Source: Octopus bimaculoides
Lineage: Eukaryota
DNA: 54,909 bases
Assembly: GCF_001194135.2 (NCBI RefSeq)
Contig: NC_068981.1
Location: 109,080,998 to 109,135,906 of the forward strand
Reading direction: 5' to 3'
A model generated the notes under the pieces. It saw only the letters and a program-made list of their open reading frames with translations. It made no database searches and was not told the DNA's origin. The translations under genes and the position numbers were made by a program. Position 1 is the stretch's first letter; the number at the start of each line of letters is the position of its first letter. This document shows positions 35,301 to 47,300 of the stretch, piece after piece.

Positions 35301-38300
35301 GAGTGAGGAGCATTAAATTTGAGTGTTGGTAAGTAACACCATACTAATTAGTCAAGTAATTTTTTAACACAGTTTAGGATATTTGTATGTGCATCAGCAG
35401 CAGTACTGTACCAGATGTGAAAGAAGCATTCTATTGTTGGTTTCATTTGAGCTTTGTAGAGAGTTAGCAACTAGTGGGTGAGTTAGCAACTAGGAATCAA
35501 TATATGTAGAAACATCATTTTTCAGAGTGAAGTTTGAGCAGAAAGTTCAGCTGAACACAAGAGATAGTTTATGTATAGAGTTAGAGATTTATTTTGCAGA
35601 AAAAAAAACAGGATGTCTGGCTTACATATAAGGACGTCCAGGTGAGAGCTCATAGTTTACATGTTAGAATGCATGTGAATGTGTTAGAAGATCAAAGGAC
35701 TGATGTCACTCTAGTCGACACTGGATCAGATTGTTTGAAGAAAGGATGGATTGAATATTCTAATTCTTTCATATCTTTCAAATTTTTCAATTTGCTTTTT
35801 GTTTCAACATGAGTAGGGGAGGGGGAGACATTTCTGAGTTACTACTAACCACTATCTCAATACTTGTAACATTTAACTTAGTTGTAAATCAGTAGCTTTG
35901 CATAAAGCTTTCTAAATCTTGTGCTCACAAGAACATCAACCACAAACTGGTGGAGAAGAGAACATGAGATTATGCACCAGTTGGTAGGACAGTCTCACAA
36001 GCATCCAGGCTCTTGTACTACCTGGCAGTAGGCCTCTGCTGGAATACTTTTTTAACTTGTATACTCTGACACCTCATGGTGCAGTGAATATTGACACATT
36101 GTGATATTGCAATACCACAGAGCTGGTAGCTTAAACTGAATGCTTCAATAAGTTCCACAAACCAAACAATGGTATTTACTAGGGGGCATTTAGACCTACA
36201 ACACTATTCATTTAATAAAATGAGAAGAGGGTTTATCATGTCACCAGAGAGGTTGACTTACTAGATGTAGTGACCCTTCTGCCTTGTAATGGTCATTAAA
36301 TGTTCAGAGAGAGAACAGAACTCCTAGTTGTGTTGTAAAGGTTATACCATTCCTAGGATGGTTCACTGATAGTCAATTTACAAATGGAAGGGAGTATTCA
36401 AATATTATAATCATCAAAGTTGGATTTGGGAATAACTGAATAGTCAAGTTTGTTTTATAAACCAGTGTGCATGAAATAAGTTAGCTTATAATACTGACAG
36501 TCCAGGAACTGAAACAGTAAAAGAATACCACAGTTAACCAGTAGACATTTAATATCCTGCAACTTACACAAATAAGCTAATGAAGGAATATTTAAATAGT
36601 CCACAATTAGAATATGAAATGAACTCAATTGGCACTTTGAACATTTTAGATTTAGCCAACTCATAACAATAAATAAAAACATAATAAAGTTACAATGAAA
36701 GAACAATGCATCGGCTGCCAGAGCTGATTGCTCCCTAAAGTTTGACAAACTATCTCTGCACAAGATTGGCGAATTGAATCTACTTGAAGTAAAAATAAAA
36801 GAACTAGATTATCAGAATCAACTAAGATTAAACATAAAAAAAATATCATATTACTCATTGTTTAATGCTTTATGCTTTAAACTGTTCTCTCAACTCTTCA
36901 GACAAAGAATTAGAAACTGCATCTTCATTCAGGAGTATAAAAAATATTCAAATTATTTCTTTCAACTAGCTAAGTAGAGCAACACTCACTACTGCACAAG
37001 CTGTTGCAGATACAGTTAATGATATTAGTACAACACATACAGTAGCAAATTAGGTGTCTAAGTCAGTTAGTTAATGCAAGCCTTATTAAAGATCCACCTG
37101 ATAAAAAAATTTACAAGGCTTATAATGAACTTAGGTATAAAGAGTCATATGCACACTAAACTAGAGGTCTAAAATATTTGTGATCAAAATGAGGAACCAA
37201 CACTAAGCTACAAAGTTCTCAGCAAGATAATAACCTGCAATAGTTACCTATTATCCTTTTTACATACTATCTATTATTAGTCCCAAGCCAGCAGTCTAGT
37301 ACAATGCTACAATATAACCAATAATGTATTGGGTCATCCCATAAATAATGTGTTTTTTTATACATCTTTTATTTTTCAAAATTAAGATAAAGTTCTTTTT
37401 TAATCTAAAATATACTCTCCTTCATTTCTTACAATGCTTTTCCATCTATCTGGTAGACTTACAAGGCCCTCTTCCAAAATTCACTTGTCCATGACGAAAA
37501 ATACTTCTCACCTCATCTACAGAATTCATATTTTTTCTGTCCAAATGATTTTGAAGACTGCAGAATAAATGCTAATTAGATGGGGCAATGTCTGGCGAAT
37601 ATGGTGGGTGGGGCATCAATTCCCATTCAAACTGCTCCAGCCTTTGGAATGGCATCCTTGCTTTATGTGGCTGAGCATTATCCTGATGGAAGAGCATCTT
37701 TCATCTTGAAAATAAAGATGATTGTTTTTCTTCTAGTGCTGACTTAAGCTGCTCAAGCTGCTCACAGTAGATCTTCTTTGCTATCATTTGGTTTGGGTTT
37801 AAAAGTTCCAAGTGGACTAAACCTTTCATATCCCACCAAACAGATAACAACACTTATGTAGGTGAAGACCTTCTTTAGCCTAGGGTGCTGGTGTTTCTCC
37901 TTTCCCTACCCACTGTCTTCAGCACTTAACATTTTTATAGAGAACCAATTTCTCATCACCAGTCACTATTCAGTCCCAAAAAGGCTCATTCATGAGACAT
38001 GACAGCAAAGAAAAGTATACATTCACTCTCTGCGAGTGATTAGACTCGGAAAGTTTGTGAGGAACCCATTGACCCAATTTGCTGACTTTTCCAATGGCAC
38101 ACAGGTGTCCATGAATGGTTGAATGCTTCTCTGCTAGTTCCTCAACAGTTACAATGGGATTTTGTTCCACCAGGGTTTACAGGACATCCTCGTTGGGCTC
38201 TACAGATCTTCCAGGATGAGGCTCATCTTCTAGGCTGTAGTTCCAGTTCGGAATTTCTGGAACCACCATTGACACTGGCTTACACTTGTTGCCCAATCCC

Positions 38301-41300
38301 CATATACTGCATTAATATTCCACACACTTTCCATTGCATTGTTGCCTTTATTGAACCCATAAAGCAAAATATGCCAATTATGCTCCTTTGCTACTTCCAT
38401 TATAGCTTTGAAAAAATAACTGTTAAAATCGAACTGCACTCTTCAAAACTTGCACTAAGAATAAGATCATGGTAAAATTACTACCTGTTTTTATAGCAAG
38501 ATGCAAGTAGTTTAACCCATACCACTCCAACTTTTAGTTCATGCAATTGAAAAAAAAAAACATTATTTACGGGATATCCCAATATATTGTTTGATCCACA
38601 GAAGGTAACTGAAATTACAAGGAATTAAAGCCAAATTTTCATAAATGCTTCAAGGAGTTGCATCCATCCTAAAAAAAGCTAACCATCCTAAAAAAGGAAT
38701 AGTTACATGAGTTTTCCAAGAACATAAAATACCATCAGTATATGAATCATAAATGCAGGAGCATTATTCAACCAGGTTGTCTTTACAATAATATTACATA
38801 TAACAGTTCTTAAGAGAAATTGCTATAATCTTAAAGTGCAGGTCCCAAAATTCTTTAAGTGTTACATTTAGTAAGTATAAGTTTTAAGGATACGTTCCCT
38901 TTGTGACTGTTGGTGCATTAAGCGCTCAAAATGTCCAGTCATTCGATTCTCCATGCTTTTTAAGTGCTGCTCAAGGACTGGCAAAGTAACAGCAACCTTT
39001 GCCATCTGTTGTAAAGCTGCTTGCTGCTTCAACTGTTGTTGCTGTTGTATAAACAACTCTTGCATTTGCTGAGAAAGCAACTCAAATCTTGTTAACTTAT
39101 TGTTAATAGTAGAAAGCATTGCTTGAATCTACAACGAAAAAAAAAAGAGAGAGAAGAAAAATGAGAAGTATAAAAAAAAAGATTTTTTTTTTTTTTAGGA
39201 GAAAACACACACAAATACACACATACAAACACACACACTGAAATCAAAAACTTTGACAACCTCATACTTACATCCTTCAAAGATTGTGGCTCAACAACTT
39301 CTCGGATTATCTGAACAGGGGCTTCATGAATTGGTGGGGCAGCTGGCTCACTACAGATCAAATGTAGGTGAGAAAATAGAACCAATACAAGTTGAAAAAC
39401 AAATATGAAACTTTTCATAAAGTGTAAAGCAACAAATAGTGAAACAAAATACAATAAAATACAAGCAATATAAATATTAAGGCATACAAGAAATACAGAA
39501 TCAAAATCTGATTACTTAAGCACAAATCACAGAATAACTCATAATCAAATGTCATTGCAGTCTGATAAAGAAAAACTCATGCTGACAGCCGATCTTGAAA
39601 TATCTTGAGATTGTACCATTCCTTATAAAAATTTGGTGTTTTCTTACAAAATGAAGAAATTTATTGAAAACTAGAGAAGTTCCAGGTATAGAATCAAAGT
39701 CTAGAATCAAATGGCCTTAGAGTTAACCTAGCAAAAACCAAAGTCTTAGTAAGTAGGAAGGCAGACAAATCACAAATCCCTTCAGGTAAACGGCCCTGCT
39801 TGATCTGTAGAAATGGCGTAGGTAGAAACTCCATAAGATGCACCTGATGTAAGCTTTGAACAAATAAAACGTGCAGCAATATCAGAGGAAGGTTAACAGA
39901 GAAACAAGCTTTTGTACATGGAGGATGTACAGGTACAATAAACACTGAAAATGTGCAGAAAATAAACTCCATCAACTGGCGNNNNNNNNNNNNNGGGGGG
40001 GGGGGGGAACTAGAGGTAGTAGATAGCTTCCGTTATCTAGGTGACCAGGTTAGTACTGGAGGTGGATGCTCCAAGAGCGTAGCTGTGAGAATAAGATTAG
40101 GCTACGCAAAGTTCAGAGAGTTCCTACGTCTGCTAGCAACAAAGAGCCTCTCTCTTAGAGCGAAAGGCAAATTGTACGATGCCTGTGTGCGAACAGCTAC
40201 ATGGCAGTGAAACATGGACTGTGACAGCTGAGGACATGTGTAGGCTTCAAAGAAATGAAGCCAGTATGCTTCACTGAATGAGACGACTTCGCTGGTATAG
40301 TCATGTGATGCGTATGGACGAGGACAGTTGTGTAAAGAAGTGCTATCTCTAACTGCAGAGGGAACCTGTGGTAGAGGTAGACCCAGGAAGACATGGAACA
40401 AAGTGGTGAAGCATGATCTTCAAACTTTGAGCCTCACAAAGGCAATGACTAGTGACTAAGACCTTTGGCAAGATGCTGTGCTTGAGAAGACCCATCAAAC
40501 CAAGTGAAATTGTAGTCATGGTTGATGCTGGTGCCACATAACTGGCACCTGTGCCAGTGGCACATAAAGAGCACTTTTTGAGCAAAGGGCCTCACAGAAG
40601 CAGAGTGGCTGAGTTCCTTTCGAGTGCTGGGTCTCATGGAGGCAAAGTGGCTGAGTTCTTTTCAAGCATTGGGCCTCAGGTTAGGCAAAGTGGCTTAGTT
40701 CTTTTCGAGGGTTAGGCCTCATTGAAGCAATGACTGAGACCTTTGGTATTATGTCATGCTTGAGAAGACCCATCAAGCCAAGCAAAATCACAGTCATGGC
40801 AGATACTGGTGTCACCCAAATTCTACCCATGCCAGTGGCATGTAAAGGCATCAATTACACTCTTGAAGTGGTTTGCATTAGGAAGGGCATCCAACCATAG
40901 AAAACCATACACATCTCCTGTATCTTTGTAGCAGTTTACAAAGATACTGCTATGCCAGTCATTGGGTATAAATCCTTTTTGTATAACTTAAGTAACTATA
41001 CGGCAGGTAATCGTGTCCTACCCCACCAGATATTTTGAACATCTCCACAACTACCCCTAATGAATCTGAAGCTTTCCCTTCTCTGTGACTTTGCTTTATC
41101 AACCACACTGCTGTCAACTAGATTTGCTGGTCCCTCTGCAGGTTCAGCAGGAGGTATACTCTCTTTGTCCCATGTGTTCCCCATGTTCAGCAGCCTCTCT
41201 TTATAACACTTGCACGATACTTTATTGTCTTGTGAGTATGCCTTTATCATTCCAAATATACTTCTCACCGATGACATCTTAGCTCTCTCTCCTACACTGT

Positions 41301-44300
41301 CTGGCAAATCTGAACACCGTGTGTCACTGATTCTCACATTGTAAGATATGCCATCTTTTCCTTTCTGCTTTACTCTCAGCCAAAATACACCTACCGCTAG
41401 CTGCTCTTCTAATGCTCTTTACTACCACCTTCCTTCCAGGTTTTCCAAAACTGTTTCTTAACCTTTATCACTCTGTCAGCTGTATCATTCTTCTACCATC
41501 TCACTTTCAGATAGGTCAGGACTTTGTCCCAGTCACATGTCTGATCTGTTTCATAGAAATTTTCAATTGTCTATGCTACAGGTATCTAAATCTTTCTCCC
41601 TACAGTCATATGCATCAATTAGAATTTCTCTAAACCTATTCCCAACTGCAGGACCTTTTAGTTTCTCTGTGCCTGCCCACCTCTGGCTATGAAGTCACAA
41701 GTCACTAATCTATGTTGCCTAATGCATTCTTTGCTAGATAAGGTTTTGGTATTCACAATGTTTACTCATTTAATCCAAACTTCACTTAACTGATAAAATT
41801 TGAATTATTTAATTTCTACAAAATTAAATTAAAAGCAAGATGAAAGTATTTACATTAAACTCAAAGCGTTTAATGTACTGATACAATGATAAGATCAGAA
41901 GAAGAAATAAAAACAAAGACCTAGTTTAACAATTTCATCATCATATTCCTGCTGAAATACACTGCTTGTGTTACAATTAATTTTGAAAATAATGAAGAAT
42001 TTCGTAAAATAAAATAACTGTGTCTTTATTAAGCTAGTGTTTGAAACATGAATTAACATGAAATTCTTTTGATGGAAAGTTTTAATTTTGAATCACTTCA
42101 AAGCAAGAAACTAATATCATAGAAACAGTGGTAGTCATGCATGAGTTGGTATCAAATGAGTCAACATGATCCCTATCATTTATATGCTAAAATAGAAATT
42201 ATGTGGTGCTTTAAGGAAGGAAGGGTACTAAAAGACAGAAAACAAGACAAATCTGTAGAACTTATATATTGATTTAGTATAAGTTTACATAGTAGAAATA
42301 ACATTGAAGAAATAATAAATCAATCGTGTCATTACCTAGTTAATTGCATTTGCCTGGCTAATGGCTTTGGTTGTTTTGCTTTTGAATTTGACGATGCATC
42401 AACAAGAAGTGAATAGTCTTCATCCTCCTCTTCATCATCATCGATGTCTTGTCCTTCCCTCCTGGAAAATTGAAAATTAATGAAAATAATTCTTTAATAA
42501 TGGGGAAAAAAATGTAATATCCACACCCTTGCCATTAACAGAAAATACAAAAATCTTTGTAGAAATCCTATGTGATACAGTTAAAATGTTATATCTTTCC
42601 ATCTACAGCAAAGCATTTATCATCCATTAGCATTGCATACTCATTTTGGTGCCATCATTTTTTAGCTATACCTTTATTGTAATTATTTTTTCAACCAACA
42701 CCTTTCATGCCTTTTCACTTTACATCTTAATTTGACACAAATTTTCCTTTAACTGACATGCCACATCAACTGGATCAGACACAATTAATTCCTGTCCAAT
42801 TACTGCAGATTCACTGCATTTTGCTACCAAAGTTTTACTTTTCTTGCATCTCAAAAAGTCTGGCAAAGAGAAGCCATTTGTTCCAACAAAGGTAGCAGTT
42901 AACCTAGCTACTCTTCTATGTTTAAAATCTACTTGTTAAACTATCATAAGCTATCTAACATCAATCAGGACACCTGAATAACAGCAAATGCTTGAGCAGT
43001 CCAGAACTCAATTCATAGCTGTGTTTGCTATTAGCTATTCCAATTGATTTAGTGCACCTAATGCTCTACTCCTTGGTCAGATAGTGAAATATTATTGGCC
43101 ATTTGTGTATCACTTTAACTCTTTTGTTACTAACCCATAGGAGACAGCACCTGGTTCTATGATACAAACTTCCTGTTTTAAAATATCAAGATTAAAATCT
43201 TTCATCAAAATTTCATTGTTAATTATGTTCCCTTGTTTAATATGATGGTTATTTTACTAAATACTTCAAATTTTATTAAAACAGAGGTAAATGTAAAAGT
43301 TAAATATTAAAAATGTCTACTACTAAGCAAGGCAAGCTGCTGTAACTGAAAAAGTGTTGTGTCTCATTGACACTGTTATGTCCTTCTTTGAACACATTGT
43401 ATACACCACTTTATAACGTGGACTTTTTATAACAAGGTTATAACAATACAAATATAAATCAGAAACATGTGACAAACAATATCTCTTCTCAATGACTTCT
43501 GCAATTGTCTTCACAAAGTGCCTGCACACACCACACTGTCCCTCACTGACAGTGCGCATGCGCCTTTATATGGTTTAGGACAGTTGACTTGCTATCCCAC
43601 AGAGGTGTCGGGATTTCACCACAACATCGTTCCTTTTTGAGTTTGACTTTCGTTGAAGTCAATATTTTTCTTTTATTTATTATCTTTATTACCACCTCAT
43701 CCAGCCTTCCCCTCCACCCAGCCTATTTCCCAGGAAGAAACTGGAATATTTTTTTCGTTTTGGATCTACTTGCAAAAGTACTGTTTGCTTTCTTTTTCTA
43801 GTTGCTGTACTCATTGGTTCGATTATTCCTTGAGGTATCAGAACATCAAAAATGTCATAAAGAAATTCCATTGGCTCTTCATGTCTTCTTCCGTAAACTT
43901 TTTTCCACTTGGTTTAGGTGTCTCTTGTGTTCCCACATATGACCTTTTACCATGTACGCTATTTTTCCTAAACGTTTACTTATTATACCTCCTTCTCAAC
44001 TTTCCTTTCCATTTCTGTATATTTAAAAAACAGAAAAAACTTGTCACCAATTTTGAAGTATTTCATCTTATTTTCAGTGTTTCTCTCCATTTTTTTCTTT
44101 TCTTCCCGGTAGTATTTGTCAAACACTGACCTGACTTTCCTGGCAAACATTAGTTCAGCTGGCAACATATCTGATGTGGTGTTGGGGTTAGGTGTTATTC
44201 AGTAGACACTTAAGAATTGTGTCAATGCAGTATCAGCTAGTAGTTCATTTCTAGATTTTTTTCAGTGCCCTCTTAAATGTGTCTACGAAACGTTCTGCTA

Positions 44301-47300
44301 GTCCATTCGATCTCGAATGGTATAGTCAAGTAGTAATATGCTCCATTGCATGCATTTTGCAAAAGTTTTTAAATTCCTTTGCCATCAACTGTGTTCCATT
44401 ATCAGACACTATAGTGTGTGGGACACCATAAAAAAGTTTGTCCAGAAATTTCATTGTTACTTTGGAGATTAGCTTCCTACATTTACATATTTCTAGCCAT
44501 TTCATGTAACTATCCACGGCTATTAGATAATACCCTTCATTTAATGGTCAAGCAAAGTCTATGTGTAATCTTGACCAAGGTACATCAGTGTTGAGCCAAG
44601 GTTGAATTTTTGGTGCTTTTGCTGCCAGGCCACAATCCTTGCAGGCTTTCACCAATTTTTCAATATCCTGATCCATATTTGGCTTCTCATCAATGCTTTC
44701 ATTCTCGTGATTCTTGGGTATCCCGTGCGAAATTCTTTTAACATAGTTTTGCAAAGAAACCGATATTACAACCCTCTGTGCATACATAAATACATCATCA
44801 CATATTGAATACCATTTCAAAACTGTGTTACACTTGGTTACATGAGTTTTTGTAATTATTTCAAACTTTACTATTTTTTACATTTTTAATATGAACACAT
44901 CCTTCTCTGCTTTAATTTTTATTTCTTCTAAAGTGACAGGTAGTTCGCATACTATGTTGCAGAGTATGTTTTTTATTTCGATTTTGACTTTTAATGTGGC
45001 TATTACCATGTCCTCAAACGGTTCATTGTATTTAGGAATCAATCTTGACAGCCCATTCGCATGTCCTAATTTTTTTGATGGTAGAAATTCCATCCTAAAA
45101 TCATAATTTAGCAGGATTGTCCCCCAACACTGCAATCGGCTGGCTGTATATGTGGGGATACCCTTTTTTGATCTGTAAATTGATAACAATGGGCAGTGAT
45201 CTGTTTGCAGACTGAATTTCCTTCCATGTATGAATTTATGAAATTTTTTCACTGCAAAAATAATGGCTAGTGCCTTCTCAATTTGGCTGTAGTTTTTTTT
45301 TCAGCAGCCAACAATAAACATGAAGCATGAATGATGGGTTTTACTTTACCATTTTTATACTTGTGTAAAATTACTACTCCTATACCACTTTTTAAATTTG
45401 GATCAAAGTGCGATAATGATAGTTTTGATGTTAAAACTTTTTTAATTTCTTCAAACACTTTTTGACACCTGTATGACCAACACCATTTTATGCCTTTTTT
45501 CAATAGGATATTGAGGGGTGCTCTTAGCTCATGCATGTTTGGTATGTATGTTTGCCAATAGTTTACTTTGCATTGACAACATTTTTTTTCTTGAATTTTT
45601 TTCATTCAACCTTTTTTGTTTCATCCAACAATGTGAATTCTTGTGTCCAATTTTCCCACATCCAAAACATTCTAGATTCTTAAAATGACAGCTTCTTTTG
45701 AAATGTGTTTTCCACACCCATAACATGGTTTGGATATTGACTGTTGTTTTTCTTTTTTCGTATCTGTTACCAGTCGACATGTATGTATATTTGAATAATG
45801 TTTTTCAATTTTTCTATGTCCTGTCGTAGATTTTATAATTCTTTGGCATTCTTCAGCCACTATTTGTAGGGTTAGTTTTGAATCTTGTTCAAGCTTTGTC
45901 AATATTCGAGTCCTTATCTCTGCATCTTTATTTGTTGTTAATTCTTGTACAAAGGTTAAACATTTAAACATGTCCAGGCTTAATTCGAGTTTTAATTTTT
46001 TCACATTCTCTATTTATGATTCTGGCATACATGACAAAATCTTCCATTTCTTTTTGTTTTTGTAAATTCAAACACTCCAAGCGAATATTAAATAATGAAC
46101 TTCTTTCACTGAATATTTTAGGTAATAGCTTAATTGTTTCCTTGAAACAAATTTTGGATGGTTTTCTCAGCAAGATGTAATTACAAAACTTTTCATGTTC
46201 CGCTGGTGATAATTTCCTTAAAAGAAGACATACCTTCTTTTCGTCCATCCAGCTTTTACACTATTTCTTGAAGATTCCTTCATACCTTCTGAAGTATGCA
46301 GAAAACGTAATTCCTTCTTCCAGATTATATGTGAATTCTTCAATTGAATTAGTAAGTGCATATGCCGAAAACAAACCAAGTATTTTTTGACTACAGCAAT
46401 ATTTCCAACAACTGTTGATTTTGTTGTTGTTGTAGTTGCTGTTGTGCCTGTTCTTAGCCGTTTCTCTTGTTTTTGCTGTTGCAGTTTCCATTGCAACTGA
46501 ACCACAGAAGCTAATAGGTCTTGCATGCTAAGAACGTCCACCGTGAGCTTCAAATGTCTTGTCACCACTGTTGTGTCTCTTCAACACTGTTATGTCCATC
46601 TTTGAACTCACTGTATAAGCCACTTTATAAAGTGAACTTATAACAATACAAATATAAATCAGAAACATGAAACAAACAATATCTCTTAACGACTTCTACA
46701 ACTGTCTTCTCAAAGCACCTGCACACACCATATTGTCCCTTACTGACATTGCACATGAGCCTTTGTATGGTTTAGGACAGATGACTTACTAACCCACAGG
46801 GATGTCAGGATTTCACCACAGCAAAAAAAAATTCCCATTAAATGTTAGTCATAGTTTCTCAAACAAAGCCCAATATACATAATTGAAAAAAAAAACAAAA
46901 GAGTTAATGTAAAATATTTTTCACTTACACATTGCACACTTTTTCAGATGCAATTCTAGGCCCATCAGTGCTGACATCTGGTGGTTTGGGCCATTCCCTT
47001 GGAGATATCTTTGCTGTAACATTAGACTCTGTAGCAATATTGCTTGTCTCAATTTCCAGTGGAGATACTTCATCTACTTCATCTGCAACATGTTTATCGC
47101 CCATTACTTCAGCAACTTCTTTATCAGTCTCATCAAAATCTTTCCGCCTTGTTTTTCTAAATGCTTGTTCTCCTTCTAAGCTAACTGAGCTGGTAATTGA
47201 ACCACTTACTACTACAGCTGCTTGCTGAAAGACAAATATAAACAATTACACATGGTGAGAAACTGATATAAGATAAATTTATAATGTGATATCTTTTTAC

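Larger units (their letters stand above)
43355..46823 (-). mobile_element. Ty3/Gypsy Mag-clade LTR retrotransposon, deletion derivative, in sense orientation inside EDC4 intron H-I
   Basis: Two LTRs with TGTTGTG...CACA(A/G)CA ends, PBS TGGTGAC after the 5' LTR, purine tract AAAAAGGAACGA before the 3' LTR. Gag with two CCHC knuckles (CYGC...HFKRSC; CFGCGKIGHKNSHC), RNase H (FSLQTDHCPLL) and integrase (PWSRLHIDFA, GVPHTIVSDNGTQL, SNGLAERFV). Flanks AAAAG/AAAAA. Confidence 0.93.

Noticed and set aside
36690-36782. Extra EDC4 exon (LDSIRQSCAEIV..., good acceptor in phase 1)
   Set aside because: No acceptable phase-1 donor, no EDC4 similarity, and exons K and L already join in frame.
46940-46945. 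Alternative exon H donor AAA|gtgtgc
   Set aside because: It is phase 0, incompatible with exon I; the downstream GT|gtaagt fits both consensus and phase.
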